DNA from: Eledone cirrhosa
Lineage: Eukaryota
Direction of reading: 5' to 3'
NCBI GenBank assembly: GCA_964016885.1
Contig: CAXHJY010001245.1
Location: 1-22,428 of the forward strand
DNA length: 22,428 bases
This document shows, one piece after another, positions 10,458 to 22,428 of the stretch; positions within the stretch are counted from its first letter, which is position 1, and each line of letters starts with the position of its first letter. The notes beneath the pieces were generated by a model, which saw nothing but the letters and a program-made list of their open reading frames with translations, did not search any database and had not been told where the DNA came from. The position numbers were made by a program, and so were the translations under genes.

Positions 10458-11495
10458 ATGGTGGTAGGACGCTATGATGGTGATGATGGCGGCGAAGATG
10501 GTGGTAGGACGCTATGGTGGTGAAGATGGCGGCGAAGATGGTGGTAGGACGCTATGATGGTGATGATGGCGGCGAAGATGGTGGTAGGACGCTATGATGG
10601 TGATGATGGCGGCGAAGATGGTGGTAGGACGCTATGGTGGTGATGATGGCGGCGAAGATGGTGGTAGGACGCTATGATGGTGATGATGGCGGCGAAGATG
10701 GTGGTAGGACGCTATGGTGGTGATGATGGCGGCGAAGATGGTGGTAGGACGCTATGATGGTGATGATGGCGGCGAAGATGGTGGTAGGACGCTATGATGG
10801 TGAAGATGGCGGCGAAGATGGTGGTAGGACGCTATGGTGGTGAAGATGGCGGCGAAGATGGTGGTAGGACGCTATGATGGTGATGATGGCGGCGAAGATG
10901 GTGGTAGGACGCTATGGTGGTGAAGATGGCGGCGAAGATGGTGGTAGGACGCTATGGTGGTGATGATGGCGGCGAAGATGGTGGTAGGACGCTATGGTGG
11001 TGATGATGGCGGCGAAGATGGTGGTAGGACGCTATGATGGTGATGATGGCGGCGAAGATGGTGGTAGGACGCTATGATGGTGAAGATGGCGGCGAAGATG
11101 GTGGTAGGACGCTATGGTGGTGAAGATGGCGGCGAAGATGGTGGTAGGACGCTATGATGGTGATGATGGCGGCGAAGATGGTGGTAGGACGCTATGGTGG
11201 TGAAGATGGCGGCGAAGATGGTGGTAGGACGCTATGATGGTGATGATGGCGGCGAAGATGGTGGTAGGACGCTATGGTGGTGAAAATGGCGGCGAAGATG
11301 GTGGTAGGACGCTATGATGGTGATGATGGCGGCGAAGATGGTGGTAGGACGCTATGGTGGTGATGATGGCGGCGAAGATGGTGGTAGGACGCTATGATGG
11401 TGATGATGGCGGCGAAGATGGTGGTAGGACGCTATGGTGGTGATGATGGCGGCGAAAATGGTGGTAGGACGCTATGGTGGTGAAGATGGCGGCGA
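10458..11495. repeat. 40-bp minisatellite x 26
   Basis: GTGGTAGGAC recurs every 40 bp from 10461 to 11461. Unit is GATGGTGGTAGGACGCTATG(A/G)TGGTGA(T/A)GATGGCGGCGAA. Confidence 0.97.
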
Positions 11496-11737
11496 TGTTC
11501 AGTATGGACGCTGAAGAAAAAAAATATCAAATACAATACTAATGACGACGATGATGATGATGTTTAACCACAGGTCAGCCTTGATCCAGCAGACCGTAGC
11601 ATCAACGACGTTCCACATTTGTTTGGCTCTTTTCCACAAAACACAAGTTTATCTAGGAATACATTATCAAAAGGTGCCCTTCCCTCCCACCTAAGAACCA
11701 TTGTGGTGTTTAAAATAAACAGCTGGAGGTGACATGT

Positions 11738-13045
11738 GGGTGGTGGAGGTGGTGGTGGAGGTGGTGGTGGTGTAGTGTGGTGGTGGTGTAGTGTGGTGGT
11801 GGTGTAGTGTGGTGGTGTAGTGTGGTGGTGGTGGTGGTGTAGTGTAGTGTAGTGGTGGTGGTGGTGGTGGTGGTGGTGGTGTAGTGTGGTGGTGGTGGTG
11901 GTGGTGGTGGTGGTGGTAGTGTAGTGTGGTGGTGGTGGTGGTGGTGGTGGTGTAGTGTGGTGGTGGAGGTGGTGGTGGTGGTGGTAGTGTAGTGTGGTGG
12001 TGGAGGTGGTGGTGGTGGTGTAGTGTGGTGGTGGAGGTGGTGGTGGTGTAGTGTGGTGGTGGAGGTGGTGGTGGTGGTGTAGTGTGGTGGTGGTGGTGGT
12101 GTAGTGTGGTGGTGGTGGTGGTGGTGGTGTAGTGTGGTGGTGGAGGTGGTGGTGGTGGTGGTGGTGTAGTGTAGTGTGGTGGTTGGTGGTGTAGTGTGGT
12201 GGTAGTGTAGTGTGGTGGTGGAGGTGGTGGTGGTGTAGTGTGGTGGTAGTGTAGTGTGGTGGTGGTGGTGGTGGTGTAGTGGTGGAGGTGGTGGCGGTGT
12301 AGTGTGGTGGTAGTGGTGGTGGTAGTGTAGTGTGGTGGCGGTGGTGGTGGTGTAGTGTGGTGGTGGAGGTGGTGGTGGTGGTGTAGTGTGGTGGTGTAGT
12401 GTGGTGGTGGTGGTGTAGTGTGGTGGTGGTGGTGTAGTGTGGTGGTGGTGGTGGTGTAGTGTGGTGGTGGTGGTGGTGTAGTGTGGTGGTGGTGGTGGTG
12501 TAGTGTGGTGGTGGTGCTGGTGGTGGTGGTGGTGGTGCTGGTGGTGGTGTAGTGTGGTGGTGGTGGTGTAGTGTGGTGGTGGTGGTGGTGTAGTGTGGTG
12601 GTGGTGGTGGTGGTGGTGGTGGTGTAGTGTGGTGGTGGTGCAGTGTGGTGGTGGTGCTGGTGGTGGTGTAATGTGGTGGTGGTGGTGGTGTAGTGTGGTG
12701 GTGGTGGTGGTGTAGTGTGGTGGTGGTGGTGGTGCAGTGTGGTAGTGGTGGCGGTGGTGCAGTGTGGTGGTGGAGGTCTAGTGAAGTGGTGGAGCTGGTA
12801 GTGCTGGTGGTAGTGGTGCAGTGTGGTGGTCCTGCTGGTAGTGCTGGTGGTGGTGCTGGTAGTGTAGTGTGGTGGTGGTGGTAGTAGTGGTGGTGGTGTA
12901 GTGCAGTGGGTGGTGGTGGTGCAGTGGTGGTTGTTGTTGGTGGTGGTGGTGGTGGTTGTTGTTGGTGGTGGTGGTGGTGGTTGTTGATGGTAGAGGTGAT
13001 GATGGTGGTGGTTGTTGATGGTAGAGGTGATGATGGTGGTGGTGG
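11738..13045. repeat. (GGT)n array punctuated by GTAGT/GCAGT
   Basis: GGT runs interrupted by GTAGTGT, degenerating after about 12780. Confidence 0.95.
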
Positions 13046-13412
13046 TTTTGATTGAAATGCTTCGCTATCTCACGCGAAGACGGCGTATATGTGTGTTTGG
13101 TATGTATATTTAATCTTGATAGTTTGTATAATTTTGTATAATTTTGTACATAGATATGTTGAATATGCATGCCAATTCTAACACATATATATCCTAGAAA
13201 CGATCGTTAAATAATGAACTTTTTTTGTTTAATATAAGGAACTGTTTCATTGTTTTATTCATTATTTTTTTAATATTTTATCTTGACTCTGTATTCCGTT
13301 TATCTTTCACCGAAAGTGATTTTTCATTGCATTTCTTCTTTCCATGATATCCGGAATACATTGAGTTCTTCATACGGATTGGACACTACCGTAAACTCTT
13401 GGTAGATTTATC

Positions 13413-13448
<36 letters not shown>

Positions 13449-13529
13449 GGTAAACATTGATGCAATCCTCCACCATATTGAAGATTTGAAACTATTTCGC
13501 TTTTCCTTATTCTATATATATATATATAT

Positions 13530-13830
13530 TATGAAAATAAACCAAAGAAGCCTTCAATACATCAAAAGTCTTTATTAGCCAACAATGTTTCGTCCTATTA
13601 AGGACTCATCAGGGCAAGTAAAGCTATAAGAAGCACTATCGGCCAATACAAGCCAAACACTCAGAAGAATATGGAGTATACATACATTAAAGCATAGGAA
13701 AATTATCAAGTAAAAATTGCAAAGGAAGTGAATAACATTTTGAACCATATTACAAATATAGTACAATGCAAAAATTAAAACTAAACACAAGTGGTGATAT
13801 AAAGCGAGAATTACAGTATTACAGAATTAG
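13530..13830 (-). mobile_element. Solo Penelope-like pLTR fragment between (TA)n tracts
   Basis: Carries a canonical hammerhead followed by AATAAA and about 40 nt to (TA)n on the minus strand. Confidence 0.6.
13578..13615 (-). ncRNA. Minimal type I hammerhead ribozyme
   Basis: Minus strand reads GCC CTGATGA GTCCT TAAT AGGAC GAAA CATTG TT GGC: perfect core, 5-bp stem II, GUU site, 3-bp stem I. Confidence 0.85.
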
Positions 13831-13844
13831 ATATATATATATAT

Positions 13845-14155
13845 CTAAGGCGAGTAAAATTCCCGAGATCCATGGACGAGTTCTCTCCAGCGGTCTCTGT
13901 CCCTCATTATCGCTGCCATATCCTGCATCTCCAACAGACCAGTGTCTGTCCTTAGGGCATCAACATACGTTAACCTTGGTCTTCCTCTTCTAGTGTGTCC
14001 ATGTAGGGGCTCCCGCAGGAGCACTGAGTGCAGTGTCAACTCTGGATGTCGGTGAGCATGTCCACCTAACCTCAGTCTCCTCTGTGTCACTTTTGAGCTG
14101 ACTTTTGGGATGCTCCCATACAGCTCTGAGTTTTTCATCCTCAGTTTATACTGAT
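13845..14155 (-). pseudogene. RTE-clade LINE ORF, extreme C-terminus
   Basis: QRRLRLGGH..RH, RRGRPRLTYVD and DRDRWRELV are typical of the post-RT region of RTE-type LINEs. The stop runs directly into (TA)n. Confidence 0.85.
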
Positions 14156-14157
14156 CG

Positions 14158-14342
14158 GTGTGGAAGTCGGACCATCGTAGAGACCAGAAAGTCCGCCTCT
14201 TCATTGCTGTAGTGGAGTCTGTGCTGCTGTATGGGTCTGAGACTTGGACACTGACCAAGAAACTCACTCAGATGGTGGATGGGTGCTACACGAGAATGTT
14301 GAGGATGGCTCTGAACATTAATCAGTATACACTGAGGATGAA

Positions 14343-14343
<1 letters not shown>
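14158..14343 (+). pseudogene. RTE-clade LINE ORF fragment (inverted upstream segment of the same element)
   Basis: KVRLFIAVVESVLLYGSETWTLT...CYTRMLRMAL. It ends QYTLRMK, overlapping the QYKLRMK start of the minus-strand piece. Confidence 0.85.
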
Positions 14344-14374
<31 letters not shown>

Positions 14375-14518
14375 GTGGAGGGGAGGTTATATTTAATTTG
14401 ATGGGATACAACAAGCTAAATATTTTTATAACTGATATAAAGCACTCAACAAATTATTGAAGTAAATATACAATATATTAACAAATGGAAACAGGAGATT
14501 CCAACCAGAATGGTTGCA

Positions 14519-14650
14519 TTTTTTAAGGGTATGTTCAATTTAAGGGTATGTTCAATTTAAGGGTATGTTCATTTTTTAAGGGTATGTTCATTTTTTAAGG
14601 GTATGTTCATTTTTTAAGGGTATGTTCATTTTTTAAGGGTATGTTCAATT
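14519..14650. repeat. 17-19 bp tandem repeat x 7 (TTAAGGGTATGTTCA..)
   Basis: AAGGGT at 14525, 14542, 14559, 14578, 14597, 14616 and 14635. Confidence 0.95.
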
Positions 14651-14746
14651 TATTATATATTTATAAATTTATAAATTTACAAATCTACAAATTTATAAAT
14701 TTCTGGTTGGTTGGTTGGTTCCACAACCAGATAGTTGTTTATATAT

Positions 14747-14791
14747 AGTCATAGTCCTTTCGTCACACACTCTGTGACCTCTTCAGTGACT
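14747..14791 (-). ncRNA. Minimal hammerhead ribozyme in the 3' pLTR (sense to the ORF)
   Basis: AGTCA CTGAAGA G GTCACA GAGTG TGTGAC GAAA GGAC TA TGACT. Confidence 0.78.
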
Positions 14792-14837
14792 GGGGATTCC
14801 TTTCTTTGTTTCTGTGCCTTTCCTTTCTTCTGTCCTA

Positions 14838-14895
14838 CGCCATTTTGTTTCTGTGTGTGTGTTGTGTGCTCAGTTTGCGCATGCGCCACATCCGG
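14838..14895 (-). promoter_or_regulatory. Putative pLTR Pol II promoter cassette (ETS-, NRF1- and YY1-like motifs)
   Basis: Minus strand order is CCGGATGT, GCGCATGCGCA, CAAAATGGCG. Repeated in the inverted pLTR at 16309-16366 (+). Motif match only. Confidence 0.45.
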
Positions 14896-14991
14896 GTGTC
14901 TGTGTCTGTGTTCATTTATCTATTTGTTTATTTATTTACATGTTATTGGTTGGTTGTTTGTTCTATGTGTGTGTGTGTTTTCATTTTGTCC

Positions 14992-16197
14992 TTAATTGTA
15001 AGTTGTGATGTTGCTGTTCCACTCATATTTTCTATTTAATTTTGGTTGTAATTCTTTTATGTTTATTGCCTCTGTAATTTGTCTAAACATTGCATCTTTT
15101 CTGTGTGTAGATTCTATTTTTATTTCTATGTTCTCTAATTTACCCTTGTGTTCTATCTTAGCATGTTGGTGGAGTACAGATGATTCTTTATTATCTTGAA
15201 AGTCTCGCCAGTGTTCATTTATCCGTTCCCCTATACTACGAGCTGTCTCACCTATGTACACTATATTTTTGTTTCTACATTGTCCTTCAGTACATCTTAT
15301 GCTATACACTACATTTCTAGTTTTACAGTTAATATGGGGGCTTATTTTACAGGTTATACATTTCTTATCTATGCATGAGGGTCTTTGAAATGGGTATGTC
15401 TTGCTAATAAGTGTTTTTACGGAGGCACCTGGTCTTTCTACTATCTTAATATTGAGTTTATGTTTATTTAGGGCCCTTCTAAATTTGTAGGCTAGTTCGC
15501 CTCTAGGGGTTGTATCGATGAACATTACACTCTGGTATTTATTGCTATCATACCATGAGTTTATTCTATTGGCCTTGTTCCTAGTTCTTTCTATTCTATT
15601 CCAAAATTTGCTCATATACAAGGGGCAGGTCCCATTTATGTCATTTACCATTTTTTCCCATTTGGTTCTGGCTCCTCTATACACTCTGATTCTATCTCTC
15701 TGATTGTAGCCAGAGAACTGCATACGGTGGATGAAGTGTTGTATGTGTCTCTCTAGTTCTTCGGGGTTGCACATGCGGGACACATTTCTCATCACCCGTA
15801 CCAAATCCGCAATCAGTATGTTGATTTTGGTATGGTCCGAAATGGCCGAGTTTCGGTGGATCAGATGTTTGGAAGTCATGGGTTTGGCATAATGGGAATG
15901 GAGGATTTGTTTTTGGTTGTTAATGGTATCTAACCAGAGCTCTGTGTCTAGTACAGGTAATCGATGGTTGGGGTGTCTATTTGGGTAGTCTATAGTAACT
16001 CTAATGCTCTGGTGGATGGAGTTTGCTATTTGCTGGATGCTTTCCATTGTGTTTTTCTCTAGTTCCTGACTGTTCTCTAGTGGGGGTGTCTTAACTACGA
16101 TGTTTATATCATCTACGTAGCGGGAGTACATTATCAGGGTTAAGCTGTCTAATTGTTCTTTAAGTTTAAGTTTAAGTCTACTGTCCCACCATACCAT
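14992..16197 (-). CDS. Penelope-like reverse transcriptase (C-terminal half) plus GIY-YIG endonuclease, 5'-truncated, frame intact
   Basis: RYVDD catalytic motif, LPVLD primer grip, thumb with SGY, CIDKKCITC Cys cluster, NVVYSIRC...YIGETARSIGERINEH, later E and LN. The first ~67 aa of the 468-aa track ORF are read-through from the inverted pLTR and junction. Confidence 0.93.
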   Translation of the reverse strand: MVWWDSRLKLKLKEQLDSLTLIMYSRYVDDINIVVKTPPLENSQELEKNTMESIQQIANSIHQSIRVTIDYPNRHPNHRLPVLDTELWLDTINNQKQILHSHYAKPMTSKHLIHRNSAISDHTKINILIADLVRVMRNVSRMCNPEELERHIQHFIHRMQFSGYNQRDRIRVYRGARTKWEKMVNDINGTCPLYMSKFWNRIERTRNKANRINSWYDSNKYQSVMFIDTTPRGELAYKFRRALNKHKLNIKIVERPGASVKTLISKTYPFQRPSCIDKKCITCKISPHINCKTRNVVYSIRCTEGQCRNKNIVYIGETARSIGERINEHWRDFQDNKESSVLHQHAKIEHKGKLENIEIKIESTHRKDAMFRQITEAINIKELQPKLNRKYEWNSNITTYN

Positions 16198-16411
16198 AGA
16201 CACATAGAACAAACACCATAGACAAATAGAACAAACAACCAACCAATAACATGTAAATAAATAAATAAATAAACAAATAGATAAATGAACACAAACACAC
16301 ACAGACACCCGGATGTGGTGCATGCGCAAACTGAGCACACAACACACACGCAGAAACAAAATGGCGTAGGACATAAGAAAGGAAAGGCACAGAAACAAAG
16401 AAAGAATCCCC

Positions 16412-16456
16412 AGTCACTGAAGAGGTCACAGAATGTGTGACGAAAGGACTATGACT
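16412..16456 (+). ncRNA. Minimal hammerhead ribozyme in the inverted pLTR
   Basis: AGTCA(16412-16) CTGAAGA G GTCACA GAATG TGTGAC GAAA(16442-45) GGAC TA TGACT(16452-56). Confidence 0.78.
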
Positions 16457-16570
16457 ATATATAAACAACTATCTGGTTGTGGAACCAACCAACCAACCAG
16501 AAATTTATAAATTTGTAGATTTGTAAATTTATAAGTTTATAAATATATAATAAATTGAAGTGAAAGCAAC

Positions 16571-22428
<5,858 letters not shown>

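Larger units (their letters stand above)
14371..16570 (-). mobile_element. Penelope-like retroelement (GIY-YIG type, possibly Naiad or Neptune clade), 5'-truncated with inverted pLTR
   Basis: RT-GIY-YIG ORF, inverted repeats at about 14644-14970 and 16200-16559 each with a hammerhead, and (TA)n on both sides. Confidence 0.92.

Noticed and set aside
2428-11495. CRISPR-like constant repeat plus variable spacer appearance of the minisatellites
   Set aside because: The spacers are simple-repeat runs rather than unique sequence, there are no cas genes, and the context is eukaryotic.
14519-14650. Interstitial telomere
   Set aside because: The unit is 17-19 bp with TTAAGGG, not tandem TTAGGG.
14800-14991. 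SECIS element in the PLE 3' UTR
   Set aside because: No convincing AUGA/GA kink-turn stem by eye and no in-frame TGA in the fragment. SECISearch would be decisive.
14644-16559. DNA transposon with ~320-bp terminal inverted repeats
   Set aside because: The interior encodes RT and GIY-YIG, not a transposase. The repeats are a 3' pLTR and its inverted copy.

Overview
This is repeat-saturated, AT-rich animal genomic DNA with no recognisable host gene. The SINE types and very high (TA)n/(CA)n content suggest a cephalopod such as Octopus, which is an inference. Almost all ORFs in the track are microsatellite artefacts. Only two protein-coding remnants look real: a 5'-truncated Penelope-like retroelement (RT C-terminal half plus GIY-YIG endonuclease, minus strand, 14992-16197) flanked by inverted pseudo-LTRs, and a 5'-inverted RTE-clade LINE fragment (13845-14343). 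The main hidden signal is non-coding. Six type-I hammerhead ribozyme motifs and two partial ones, from several sequence families, sit in small fold-back modules in or beside (TA)n tracts. Two families share a strongly covarying 10-position stem II with a C-C mismatch at position 4. The rest is tRNA-derived SINEs, several minisatellites and a 5.9 kb TA/CA satellite.
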